Below, one piece after another: positions 10,808 through 20,144 of a DNA stretch of 64,000 bases. The DNA comes from a virus. Where the stretch lies: the IMG/VR virus record IMGVR_UViG_3300020469_000021, positions 1 through 64,000 of that record; one strand, given 5' to 3'. A program made the position numbers and the translations under genes. The notes below the pieces were generated by a model, which was given only the letters and a program-made list of their open reading frames with translations, did not search any database and was not told where the DNA came from. Position 1 is the first letter of the stretch. The number at the start of each line of letters is the position of its first letter.

Positions 10808-11473
10808 ATGTGGAACACAATTAACATTTTTGATGATGCAACGCAAAGCGACTCAATGATAATGTGGTTTGAAGATTTGGCTAAAGACCACTCTCGTCGC
10901 AAAGGTTTAGATTCGGGCTCTATAATGAAAGGCGTAACAGATTTAGAATCTCTAAACAAGCCAGAGAGAATATATTCTGGAGAGTTATTAAATAATATTA
11001 TTTTTAATTTAATTAAAGATCGAGCAAAGCATTTGTTTGATCCAATTATAGATAAGATAAAAAGCATAGAATTTTGGATAAATTTTCAAACCGTAAATGC
11101 ACCTACCCCAAATTTTAGATTAGACCTTGAAGAGAAGACGCTAGCGTGGGACGATTTATGCAAGAATATTTCCAATCCAGATGGAGAACCAATGCTTAAG
11201 AAGATTGACATCGCTTCTTCACTTCCTTTATGGTCTTGCTGTATCTTCATAACTCCAGATGAAGTTATAGGCGGGGGAATATCTTTATGCGATTCATTTG
11301 AATGCCTAAAAGATAGACATCCTACGGAAGATTCTATAAACATTCCACATAAATTTAATAGAGCAGTTTTTTTCGACTCTTCTTATCCATATTTAATTAA
11401 TCCACACCAAGGATCAAACATTAACGCTACCTTGCATTTAAATTTTTGGGATAAAGAATTGATTAAATCTTAA
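10808..11473 (+). CDS. Degenerate 2OG-Fe(II) oxygenase-fold protein
   Basis: IEFW, GGGI, KFNRAVFFDS, LHLNFW; HxD reads RLD and the distal His reads Tyr. Confidence 0.55.
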   Translation: MWNTINIFDDATQSDSMIMWFEDLAKDHSRRKGLDSGSIMKGVTDLESLNKPERIYSGELLNNIIFNLIKDRAKHLFDPIIDKIKSIEFWINFQTVNAPTPNFRLDLEEKTLAWDDLCKNISNPDGEPMLKKIDIASSLPLWSCCIFITPDEVIGGGISLCDSFECLKDRHPTEDSINIPHKFNRAVFFDSSYPYLINPHQGSNINATLHLNFWDKELIKS

Positions 11474-11478
11474 AATCA

Positions 11479-11494
11479 GTGTATAATACATATT
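11479..11494 (+). promoter_or_regulatory. GTGTA-class putative phage promoter (example of about 12 copies)
   Basis: GTGTA at 11479, 13957, 20131, 22855, 30335, 32035, 33701, 34778, 59680 (+) and 8425, 10804, 44857 (-), mostly 13-17 nt before a start codon. Confidence 0.65.
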
Positions 11495-12538
11495 ATGTAC
11501 GGACTAATAGGAACTAGCGAAATTCTTCTGGAAGAAGACTCCTCTAATGTTTTTCAAGGCATGACTCGTCGAGAATTTGACGAGCTAGGAAGTGAGGGTG
11601 GTGATGCGGAAGCGCTTTCAAAGCTTGAGAGTGTTATAAATCATAATCTATCCCTTACAAAGAAAATTATCTCTCATTGCGCAGAACTAGGCATCGTAAA
11701 CTATAGGCTTAGCAATTCAATTTTTTCTCTAGTTTCCGACCCAACTGTAAATATTTCGCTAGGAGATTTACCTTCCTACAACACCATAGTTGACAAGATT
11801 AAAGACATTGGTAAAGGCGCCAAGAGCGTAGGTATATCATTGTCAATTCATCCAGATGGATTTAACTCCTTGGCCAGCGAAGCCGAAGAAATATCTGAAA
11901 AAACTATTAAAGAGTTTAATTTTCATGCTTGGTTTTTGGACATTTTGGGCTGTCAACAAAATTTATCCTCGCCGATATGTATTGAGATCGGTGAGCAGGT
12001 TAGCGTAAACGACAAGGGTGAGTACTATCACGATGACTTCATACAATTTGTAGATAGATTTTATTCTTCATTTAAAAAATTAGACAAAGGCGCTCAACGC
12101 AGAATTGCTCTTGATTGCGATGATCAAGGAACTTGGAATTGCTACAGGTTATTCAAGTATTTTCATGTTTATTGCTTAGAAGAGTATGGGCACGGCTTTG
12201 CGTTGGTTTATGACAACCTTCATGATAAATGCAACCCCTCTGAGCTTGTAGACAAATCATTAGATCAAGAAGTTAACATAGGAGCTTTTCACGAGACATG
12301 GGGAGGAGTAATTCCTTTATTTCGCTGGAGCGAAGGGGTTTCGGGAACTGCAAAACACGCAGACTATCTTTCCACTCCAGTACCTACGTTTGATTATCAA
12401 ATCAAATGGGAATGCGATGTAAGAAAAGGCGATCTTGCAATTGCAAAAATGATGGAGCCTGAGCCAGAAGAAAAGCTTACAGAAGAAGAGCTAAGAAAGC
12501 TAACCAGAGAACGTTATAACGCAATCTATGACCAATGA
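11495..12538 (+). CDS. Diverged UvsE (UV-damage endonuclease) paralog
   Basis: YRLS, HPD, YDNLHD.CN, WSEG, HADY; several expected ligands substituted. Confidence 0.8.
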   Translation: MYGLIGTSEILLEEDSSNVFQGMTRREFDELGSEGGDAEALSKLESVINHNLSLTKKIISHCAELGIVNYRLSNSIFSLVSDPTVNISLGDLPSYNTIVDKIKDIGKGAKSVGISLSIHPDGFNSLASEAEEISEKTIKEFNFHAWFLDILGCQQNLSSPICIEIGEQVSVNDKGEYYHDDFIQFVDRFYSSFKKLDKGAQRRIALDCDDQGTWNCYRLFKYFHVYCLEEYGHGFALVYDNLHDKCNPSELVDKSLDQEVNIGAFHETWGGVIPLFRWSEGVSGTAKHADYLSTPVPTFDYQIKWECDVRKGDLAIAKMMEPEPEEKLTEEELRKLTRERYNAIYDQ

Positions 12539-13166
12539 TCAGCAGGATTTTAATATCCTATCTATAGATGTTGATTTTTGCAAAGACGAGAAGAGTTTTA
12601 GGGATATCGTAAGGCTTTTTACGGATATTATTTCCAAGCGATGTAGCTCGACACATAAACAGCTGCCAAATATTTCTTTTTCTCAAACTCATTCTGACAT
12701 ATTATCGTGCATAAGCGGGCGTTCTTTAGTTAGCATATACAACATAGACGACCACCACGACATTTATTATGAGCCAGAGGACATGATTGGTTTTGAAGAT
12801 GGAGTAGTATGTGAAAGCAATTGGGTAGGCTGGACAATGAGATCTGGATTCTTAAATGAATATCATTGGATTAAAAATAGAAGCTCTGAACTCCTCCCTC
12901 AACAAGATTTACTTTCTTTGCAATCCCATTCTTTATCTTACGGAAAATTCAACTCAAATATATTAAAAGATGGCAGGGCAGAGCAAGAAAGATCGATTTA
13001 TTTTTATAACTCAATTTGTGACGCTAAATTAAGAGAAAAAAGTTTTGCAGAAGTATTTATTTGTATGTCTCCAGAGTATTTAAACAAAGATTTCCATTAT
13101 TTATATTTTTTACTTATAGATTTAGCTGAAGATTTCTTAGGAAAAGACTCATTCAAAATTTTTTAG
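12528..13166 (+). CDS. UPF0489/arginase-deacetylase-fold protein
   Basis: ILSIDVDF, NIDDHHD, SNWV, CMSPEY. Confidence 0.6.
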   Translation: MTNDQQDFNILSIDVDFCKDEKSFRDIVRLFTDIISKRCSSTHKQLPNISFSQTHSDILSCISGRSLVSIYNIDDHHDIYYEPEDMIGFEDGVVCESNWVGWTMRSGFLNEYHWIKNRSSELLPQQDLLSLQSHSLSYGKFNSNILKDGRAEQERSIYFYNSICDAKLREKSFAEVFICMSPEYLNKDFHYLYFLLIDLAEDFLGKDSFKIF

Positions 13167-13202
13167 ACTTGACTTTTTATTTTTTAACAGTTAACATAAG
13201 GT

Positions 13203-13490
13203 ATGTCAGATATTATGGAAAGATTAGAATTTGGTAACTCAATTGAGGGTGAAGTCTTTTATGGTATTCACTTTACGAAAGATGAACTTTCTATTCTTAA
13301 AAAATCCCTAGAAGATAGGCTTAAAAACTTGAAGCACACAGTAGATAGATGGTCTAACCCTATATATAATCCCGGAACCGGATTTGCAAAGCAAGAAGAT
13401 TTAGACTTTCACAGAGAAAGGGCGCTACGAGAACTCCATTCTGAAATAGAAGAGATAAAAAATATAGAATCTCTTTTATTAAAAATTTAA
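13203..13490 (+). CDS. Hypothetical protein
   Basis: ORF 5 nt after TTGACT(13169)-17-TAACAT. Confidence 0.65.
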   Translation: MSDIMERLEFGNSIEGEVFYGIHFTKDELSILKKSLEDRLKNLKHTVDRWSNPIYNPGTGFAKQEDLDFHRERALRELHSEIEEIKNIESLLLKI

Positions 13491-13549
13491 AATAATTTTT
13501 TTATAAAAAAATATCAGCGAAAAATTTAAACTCAAGTGGACGATATACA

Positions 13550-13714
13550 ATGACTGAAGTCTTAGAATTTATTTTTTCAAGTTTCTGGACTTGGTCTGGA
13601 ACATGCATGCTAATTATTAGTTTTGGCTGGGCCGCAGCAGTTCCATTCAGGGCTTGGTATATGCTCAAGCAACTAAAACTTAATAGAAGCGTAATGTCCA
13701 AGTATTATAATTAA
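13550..13714 (+). CDS. 54-aa membrane protein (not in ORF track)
   Basis: MTEVLEFIFSSFWTWSGTCMLIISFGWAAAVPFRAW...; stop abuts ATG 13716. Confidence 0.6.
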   Translation: MTEVLEFIFSSFWTWSGTCMLIISFGWAAAVPFRAWYMLKQLKLNRSVMSKYYN

Positions 13715-13715
13715 A

Positions 13716-13964
13716 ATGAATTGTAGCGCAGAAGTTTTAGATTGTGATTGCGAGAACATGGCGGGAAATTTTTATGAAAATTCTTCAATTCTTAGTCTTG
13801 AGCCGGACATGCTTGAGTTCAAGAATAAAGAAGGCGGTATATTAGGAGTAATAGCAAAGCCTCACAGTATTTTTGGCCAAGATTGCATGTTTTTAAGCGG
13901 GACTCTTGTCAGGAGTGGAAATCTAGAGCAAATAAGGCTCAGAATTACAAATTTTAGTGTATAA
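13716..13964 (+). CDS. Hypothetical protein
   Basis: ORF only. Confidence 0.55.
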   Translation: MNCSAEVLDCDCENMAGNFYENSSILSLEPDMLEFKNKEGGILGVIAKPHSIFGQDCMFLSGTLVRSGNLEQIRLRITNFSV

Positions 13965-13987
13965 ACTATAGTTCCTTGAAAATTTAT

Positions 13988-14425
13988 GGGGGTGTTCTGG
14001 ATTCGACTGATGTTGGATTCTAGCGCTGCAAGCCGGAGATGTGTCAGGCTCCGATATCAAGACACAAAGCTGTACATGGCGAAGGTTATGATAGCATTGA
14101 AGAGCTTCTTGAAGCTGCTCGCGAAGAGTACGATAATCTCGTACAATTCGAGCAAGCTGAAGAGCTTGAGATGGTAGCTTAAGGCTGCCCCCTCGCTTTT
14201 ATTGACGCAGATATTTAAAATGCGAGGACGACATCTGCAAAAACAGAAAAGGTTTACCTGTTAATAAACTGTATCGCTGAGTATTCGGAGACCTCATTTT
14301 GAGTGAATAATTGTAACAGGGAGTTGGATGTCAATATCATAACTTTAAAAAAAATTGACTAAACTTGTAGATGTGCTAGCTTGAAAGCACTCAGGACGCG
14401 GGTTCAACTCCCGCCACCTCCACCA
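13988..14425 (+). ncRNA. ssrA: tmRNA
   Basis: 5' GGGGGTG..GGATTCGAC; 3' GCGGGTTCAACTCCCGC-CACCTCC-A-CCA with G3:U70; pseudoknot 1 (CGGAG/CTCCG, GTGTC/GACAC); tag frame 14078-14182. Confidence 0.97.
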
Positions 14426-14436
14426 TTTTCAAAAAA

Positions 14437-16479
14437 ATGTATTTTCTTTTTGTGAAGTTTTTATTATTATTTTTTCTTACCTCTATTTTTTGTTTTGGTT
14501 CCACCCTTTATTTTAAGGATGGAAATTCTGTTGAGGCTAAAATATTAGACGCGAATGATACTCACGTGAGAATTGCTAAGGATAAAGACCTGCAGCAATT
14601 TAGATTTAAAATAGAAGCCTTAACGATTGATAGTCAAAAACAAATTGAGCTATACCACTCCAAAGATAGGTATAGCTCTATACCTTCTTCAAAAATACCT
14701 TTGGACAAAAGAATTTTAAATAGCTATGTTGCATATATTGATGAGCTTATTGATCAAAATTTAAGAAGCAAACGCTTGCAGAAGACCAAACCTTTGGATG
14801 ATTACTCCTACGCAAGAAGGCTTTATCTTACGGTTGTAGGAAGAATACCAACGCAGGATGAATTATTGTCTTTTATTAATGACAGAGACTCATCTAAAAA
14901 AGATAAATTAATACAAAAATTATTAAATTCATCAGGTTATACAAATCACCAGATTAATTGGTGGAGCGATATGCTTAGAGTTAAAGACAGAATTAATGGC
15001 TCAAATATAAATGTAGGTTCTGTTTATAGAAAATGGCTTAGAAACTCAATTGAATCAAAAAAACCTTACGATCAAATGGTTAGAGAGTTAGTTGGGAGCA
15101 GTGGAAAACTTTTAGATGGCGGAGAAGCTATAAGTTATTATTTGCGAGATCGAGGCATGCAGGAAGACAATCTTTCACATACAATAAGAATTTTTCTGGG
15201 AACTAGGCTTGAATGCGCAATGTGTCATAATCACCCATTTGACAAATGGAGTCAGCGTCAATTCTATGAAATGACTGCTTTCACATCAGGTATCGGCAAT
15301 GTTAGACTTAGAGACCAAGGGAAAGCAATAGGCAGCCTTAGTCGAGCCATTAATGAAGATGGAGATGTAAACGCTGGGCTTTTTAATAACTGGAGAAATA
15401 TAGTAAGAGATTCGATTCAATCAGGAATTGAAAACAATGGAACAGGCACAATAAAACTTCCCATAGATTTTGCGGAAGACGACGGTAAGCCCGGAGATAC
15501 TATTTTTGCCAAGGCAATTTTTACCCCAAAACCTACAAAAGTTATTGAGGGTAATAGCAGAAAAGTTTTTGCAGACTGGCTGGCAAGCAAAGACAACCCC
15601 AGATTTACCACTATGATTGCGAACAGAGTTTGGAAAAGAATTTTCGGCGCCGGATTAATAGAACCCATAGATACTATGATGGACGACACGGTAGCAAGTA
15701 ATCAAAAACTAATGAAGTACTTAGAGCGCCTTTTAGTTTCAGTTAATTATGACTTAAGAGAGTATGAAAGAATTCTTTTGAATACTAAACTATTTCAAAG
15801 GTCTGCCAAAAAACAAGATTACAAAAGCCTTGAAGAATATAATTTTGAAGGGCCAATTCTAAGAAGAATGACGGGGGAGCAGCTTTGGGATTCTTTAGTC
15901 ACTTTAGTTTACAATAATATAGACTCTGCCGAAAGAGTTTATTTATACAACCAACAAGATTATTCGGTAATTTACCATCGATATAAAGATATGACTGGAG
16001 AACAGATTTATGCAGACTTCAAAAAACTTGCTCAAGAAAATGATGGCAACAGGAATTTGCTAGCAATTTTAAGCACTTATCAAACTAACAATAAAAATTT
16101 TAAAGACAAAAGTTTAGTTCGCAGCAGTTACTTGCCATATCCTGCTCCGGGAGGACATTTAATTAGGCAGTTTGGGGGTAGCGACAAAGAACAAATAGAC
16201 AATAGTAATGCAGAGCCCAACACGACTCAAGTGTTGAATTTGCTAAATGGGTTTGTCGAGTCAAACATTTTAAATAAAAAGGATGCAGATTTTATAATTA
16301 AAATGCAATCAGAAAAAAGCAAACAAAAACAAGTAGAAAATGCTTTTCTCTCAATTTTATCGAGAAAACCCATGTCGAACGAATCGACATTACTTAAAAA
16401 ATATGTCGATGAAAAGAATGGATTTAAACATGTATCTTGGATTCTTTTAAATGCACACGAATTTATATTTATTAAATAG
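14437..16479 (+). CDS. Secreted DUF1549/DUF1553 protein with N-terminal SHD1-like domain and CxxCH
   Basis: Signal peptide, DGNSVEAK, RRLYLTVVGRIPT, ECAMCHNHPFDKW, NPRF..ANRVW..FGAGL, RRMTGEQLWDS. Confidence 0.9.
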   Translation: MYFLFVKFLLLFFLTSIFCFGSTLYFKDGNSVEAKILDANDTHVRIAKDKDLQQFRFKIEALTIDSQKQIELYHSKDRYSSIPSSKIPLDKRILNSYVAYIDELIDQNLRSKRLQKTKPLDDYSYARRLYLTVVGRIPTQDELLSFINDRDSSKKDKLIQKLLNSSGYTNHQINWWSDMLRVKDRINGSNINVGSVYRKWLRNSIESKKPYDQMVRELVGSSGKLLDGGEAISYYLRDRGMQEDNLSHTIRIFLGTRLECAMCHNHPFDKWSQRQFYEMTAFTSGIGNVRLRDQGKAIGSLSRAINEDGDVNAGLFNNWRNIVRDSIQSGIENNGTGTIKLPIDFAEDDGKPGDTIFAKAIFTPKPTKVIEGNSRKVFADWLASKDNPRFTTMIANRVWKRIFGAGLIEPIDTMMDDTVASNQKLMKYLERLLVSVNYDLREYERILLNTKLFQRSAKKQDYKSLEEYNFEGPILRRMTGEQLWDSLVTLVYNNIDSAERVYLYNQQDYSVIYHRYKDMTGEQIYADFKKLAQENDGNRNLLAILSTYQTNNKNFKDKSLVRSSYLPYPAPGGHLIRQFGGSDKEQIDNSNAEPNTTQVLNLLNGFVESNILNKKDADFIIKMQSEKSKQKQVENAFLSILSRKPMSNESTLLKKYVDEKNGFKHVSWILLNAHEFIFIK

Positions 16480-16490
16480 AAAGTTATATT

Positions 16491-17762
16491 ATGAAAATTT
16501 TAGATGAATTATCTCGCAGACAATTTGCAAAAGAAATAGCCAAGAGTTACCTTGGTGTCAGCGCCCTCGTTTATGGTTCTGAAATTATAGCTAAAACAAC
16601 AAAAATACCAACTGCTCGGCACGTTATTTTTCTAAATATGAGAGGAGGCATGACTCACATAGACACTTTCGACCCTAAGCCTGAAAATAAAGATGTCATG
16701 GGAGATACTACCGCCATAAATACTTCTGCAGATGGCATACAGCTAGGCAATTGGCTCCCTAAAACTGCTCAACAAATGCATCTCGCTTCTTTAGTTAGGT
16801 CTGTTAATAGTAATCAGGGGGCGCATGAACAAGCAAACTATTTGCTTCATACCAGCTATCAAAAAAGAGGCACAATTATTCATCCAAGCATGGGAAGCTG
16901 GGTTAGCAAAGTTTGTGGTAAACTAAATAAAACTCTGCCTGACAACGTAAAGATTAATGGCGGTAGCGGCATCATAGGAGCTGGTTATTTTGAAAGCAAG
17001 CATGGCCCGCTGCCATTAGGCGACCCAAATTCCGGCATACAGAATGTAAAGAAGTCTGATTATGTTCAAGAAAATTTATATCATCAACGCCTAGACGCCG
17101 CAGACACTCTTAACAAAAAATTCTCAGAATCTTTTCCTCAAAAACAAGTAAGAGCTTATTCAGATCTATATGATAATGCAATTAGCTTAATGAAGAGTAA
17201 AGATTTAGAAGCTTTCGACTTAAGCAAAGAGCCTGAATCGCTTAGAGATAAATATGGCAGAGATAATTTTGGCCAAGGTTGTCTTTTAGCTAGGAGGCTA
17301 GTAGAAAATAAAGTTAGATTTGTCGAAGTTTCTTATGGAGGCTGGGATATGCACAATGACGTTTTCGGAAACATGGAAACAAGAGGTGCAGTTTTAGATG
17401 CAGGCTTGAGTTCTTTACTGGAAGATTTAAGTTTAAGGGGTCTACTTTCTGACACGATGGTTGTCGTAGCAAGCGAGTTTGGAAGAACTCCAGAAGTTAA
17501 AGCTGGTAGGGTAGGAAGGGACCACCACCCCTCTGCATTTAGTGTCTTATTTGCTGGGGGAGGAGTAAAACAAGGCTTTGTCTACGGTCAGTCTGATGAT
17601 AGAGCCCATTATGTAGAAGAAAATGGGGTTGATGTTCCATCTATAAATGCCACCATCGCACATGCGATGGGCCTAAGCATAGAGAAAATTACATACTCTC
17701 CTAGCGGCAGGCCATTTAAAGTCTCAAATGGAGAGCCTCCAATTTTCGACATTTTATCTTGA
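16491..17762 (+). CDS. DUF1501 family protein (sulfatase/alkaline-phosphatase superfamily) with Tat-like signal
   Basis: SRRQF, GGMTHIDTFDPKP, FGQGCLLARRLVE, GGWDMH, SEFGRTP, GRDHHP. Confidence 0.93.
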   Translation: MKILDELSRRQFAKEIAKSYLGVSALVYGSEIIAKTTKIPTARHVIFLNMRGGMTHIDTFDPKPENKDVMGDTTAINTSADGIQLGNWLPKTAQQMHLASLVRSVNSNQGAHEQANYLLHTSYQKRGTIIHPSMGSWVSKVCGKLNKTLPDNVKINGGSGIIGAGYFESKHGPLPLGDPNSGIQNVKKSDYVQENLYHQRLDAADTLNKKFSESFPQKQVRAYSDLYDNAISLMKSKDLEAFDLSKEPESLRDKYGRDNFGQGCLLARRLVENKVRFVEVSYGGWDMHNDVFGNMETRGAVLDAGLSSLLEDLSLRGLLSDTMVVVASEFGRTPEVKAGRVGRDHHPSAFSVLFAGGGVKQGFVYGQSDDRAHYVEENGVDVPSINATIAHAMGLSIEKITYSPSGRPFKVSNGEPPIFDILS

Positions 17763-17806
17763 CACAAAAGCATTATCGTGCTAATATCTTTCATATATAA
17801 AAAATT

Positions 17807-18049
17807 ATGAAAGAAAATCAAAAAATATTCGAATCAAAATCTCAATTCAATACAGTGTTAGACTATTGTGCAAATAAGTATTGCCCACTATTTATAATTG
17901 GCTTATTACTCATTACATCATTTTCTATTAATGACTGGCGCATGTATGTTATTGGTGGTTTAGTTTTATACGTTCAACACTTTAATTGGAAGGTTGGTTA
18001 TAGCGTAGGCGTTTGTGAAAAACATGGATTAATTCCCGAAGAGGATTAA
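17807..18049 (+). CDS. Small membrane protein
   Basis: Two hydrophobic segments; TTGACA(17759)-17-TAATAT upstream. Confidence 0.6.
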   Translation: MKENQKIFESKSQFNTVLDYCANKYCPLFIIGLLLITSFSINDWRMYVIGGLVLYVQHFNWKVGYSVGVCEKHGLIPEED

Positions 18050-18092
18050 AAAGCTTGACAATAAAAGATTTTTGTGCTATACTAGCCTTTTT

Positions 18093-18338
18093 ATGAATCT
18101 CAAAAAGTCCATACAAAAAACTTTAGAATTGCTCTCAAGCAAACCTAGATACTATGTAGTATATAGAAATAGTGACAATAAAGTCAAGACTTATCAGATA
18201 GGAAAAATAGATTTGTATAGTTCTTTTGGAAACAAAAGTGACGAAAGAAAAAATGTTGGCTTTAGAGCATACTGTTATGGCAGAAAAGCAGTAAGATCTT
18301 TTAGGCATGACAGGATTATATCATTAACAAAAAAATAG
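18093..18338 (+). CDS. Stand-alone WYL-like domain protein
   Basis: YRNSDN..AYCYGRKAVRSFRHDRI; start after TTGACA(18055)-17-TATACT. Confidence 0.7.
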   Translation: MNLKKSIQKTLELLSSKPRYYVVYRNSDNKVKTYQIGKIDLYSSFGNKSDERKNVGFRAYCYGRKAVRSFRHDRIISLTKK

Positions 18339-18340
18339 TT

Positions 18341-18754
18341 TTGCCTAAAGATACTAAAGTTTTTGACTCTAATAGTCAAACTCACGTCCTTGGATGTGTT
18401 TGCAATATAGAAGAAGAAAAATTAAAAGATAAAAATGAATTCTATACCCTTCTTTGCCAAGACCTTTGTAGCGCTTTAGGTTTGAATCTTTTAAAATGCC
18501 AATCTCACTGCTTTAATCCTTGTGGATTTACTCTTGTTGCTCTGCTTTCAGAGTCCCATTTAAGTTTTCATACTTGGCCAGAAAAAAAAGTTATGTTTTT
18601 CGATTTGTTCACCTGCTCAGATGTAAACCAAAGGTTGCTATCTAGTTTAATTTTAGGTCGCTTTACGGAAGAAGGCCAAAGTCAAGCTTCAGTAACAATG
18701 GAAAGCTTTCGTAGAAAAATCGGTAAAAATATAAAAAAGATTCCTTCATTCTAA
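18341..18754 (+). CDS. speD: S-adenosylmethionine decarboxylase proenzyme
   Basis: FNPCGFT..LSESHLSFHTWPE..DLFTC. Confidence 0.85.
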   Translation: MPKDTKVFDSNSQTHVLGCVCNIEEEKLKDKNEFYTLLCQDLCSALGLNLLKCQSHCFNPCGFTLVALLSESHLSFHTWPEKKVMFFDLFTCSDVNQRLLSSLILGRFTEEGQSQASVTMESFRRKIGKNIKKIPSF

Positions 18755-19540
18755 ATGAATACTCCTTCATCATTTTTTACTCATTGGAGATTCAATGAGG
18801 AAATGCAAACAGGGCGGTCGGTAAGCATGCCTTTACAATTAAACTGTGTAAATAATGACAAGTTAATACTTAATGCTAATACTGTGTCAGGCCAAAAGCT
18901 CAGTCTTTACAGGTCTCCGATGGGGCATCTCCGTGTTTTTATAGATGACGAATACCAACTGGGGGTTTCTCAGAACGAAGAAGAAGAATGTTATGGAGAT
19001 GAAACGCATTCGATTTATCTAAGCGCCTTAAAAATGCTTGAAAGAGATATTCCCTCAGATAGAATATTAATAATTGGGGGAGGAGACTTAGGATTAGCGT
19101 CGCTTCTTTTAGATAATGGAGCCACAGGAGTTAAATGTTTTGAATTAGACCATCAGTTAGTTACAATTCTTTCAGAATACATTTCTTTTACTAATAAAGC
19201 TCTCAATAATCCAAATATTGACATAACATACGGCGACGGCTTTGAGTTAATCAAAACTTGCGAAGAAAACTCTTTTGATATAATTATAGGCGACCTTACA
19301 GATAAAGGAGCTTTTAAATTTAATGATTCAGAAGTTCGTAAAGAGCTAATCAGAGTCTGCAGTCCAGATGCAGCGATAATGACGCACTATTGCAGTGGTA
19401 GACTAGATTTAAATGTTATCTTTGCTAATTTCCACCAAGATCATCGCCCAGATTTTCTTTGCATAACAGATGCAGACCCAGACCACAGATCTTTATGGTC
19501 AACTAACCAAATTGAGAGAGTAGATTACCTTGCTTCATGA
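18755..19540 (+). CDS. speE: Spermidine synthase-like aminopropyltransferase
   Basis: ILIIGGGDLG, FELD, GDG, FDIIIGDLTD; adjacent to speD. Confidence 0.75.
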   Translation: MNTPSSFFTHWRFNEEMQTGRSVSMPLQLNCVNNDKLILNANTVSGQKLSLYRSPMGHLRVFIDDEYQLGVSQNEEEECYGDETHSIYLSALKMLERDIPSDRILIIGGGDLGLASLLLDNGATGVKCFELDHQLVTILSEYISFTNKALNNPNIDITYGDGFELIKTCEENSFDIIIGDLTDKGAFKFNDSEVRKELIRVCSPDAAIMTHYCSGRLDLNVIFANFHQDHRPDFLCITDADPDHRSLWSTNQIERVDYLAS

Positions 19541-20112
19541 TTAATATAAATTTTTTTGTAGAACTTTTTTTGTTGGGGGTTGTAATAATGTTGTTATTTT
19601 TCCTCTTCAGATTAAAGCGTCAGGATAAAGAGTTTAATTCTAATACAAATTTAATACAACAACTTAAACAAGAAATTAGTGAGTTAAAAATAGAGGTAAT
19701 TAGCCAAGAACTCGAAAAAGAAAAATCAGAAAACGTTTCAAAAATCAGAAAGCAATTTTTAGAAGATGAGCGAACTCATTCTAAACATATCGAAAAACAA
19801 TTAGAAGAAACTGAACAAAAGCTAACAGAAGAAATAGAACAGCGTAAGAAAGTTTTATCTCAAAAGAAAAGCGGTGAAGTTAGACTTGGAAATATTGCTG
19901 AGACGTTGGCGCCCTTCTTAGATCAATTTAAATTTGACCCAGAAAACTGCATATTTTTAGGCAGACCTATAGATTATATTTCATTCGATGACGAGCAAAT
20001 TACTTTTATTGAGATTAAAATGGGCAAAAGCCAGCTTAGTTCAAAGCAAAGGCATATCAGGGACTTGATAAATGACAAACAAGTTTACTGGAAGGAAATA
20101 AGGATAAATTAA
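19537..20112 (+). CDS. Membrane-anchored coiled-coil PD-(D/E)XK Holliday-junction-resolvase-like nuclease
   Basis: N-terminal TM; GNIAETLAPFL, FLGRPIDYI, FIEIK, QLSSKQ. Confidence 0.8.
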   Translation: MININFFVELFLLGVVIMLLFFLFRLKRQDKEFNSNTNLIQQLKQEISELKIEVISQELEKEKSENVSKIRKQFLEDERTHSKHIEKQLEETEQKLTEEIEQRKKVLSQKKSGEVRLGNIAETLAPFLDQFKFDPENCIFLGRPIDYISFDDEQITFIEIKMGKSQLSSKQRHIRDLINDKQVYWKEIRIN

Positions 20113-20144
20113 TTTAATTAACCTTTTCCTGTGTATATATCTAT

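Noticed and set aside
13501-13701. 66-aa minus-strand ORF
   Set aside because: A co-oriented + strand membrane ORF (13550-13714) fits the gene packing better.
13986-14177. 63-aa ORF
   Set aside because: Overlaps the tmRNA 5' domain; the tag is in another frame.
17746-17757. CCTCCAATTTTC resembling the tmRNA 3' end as an att duplication
   Set aside because: Short, gapped match inside a coding region, with no integrase nearby.
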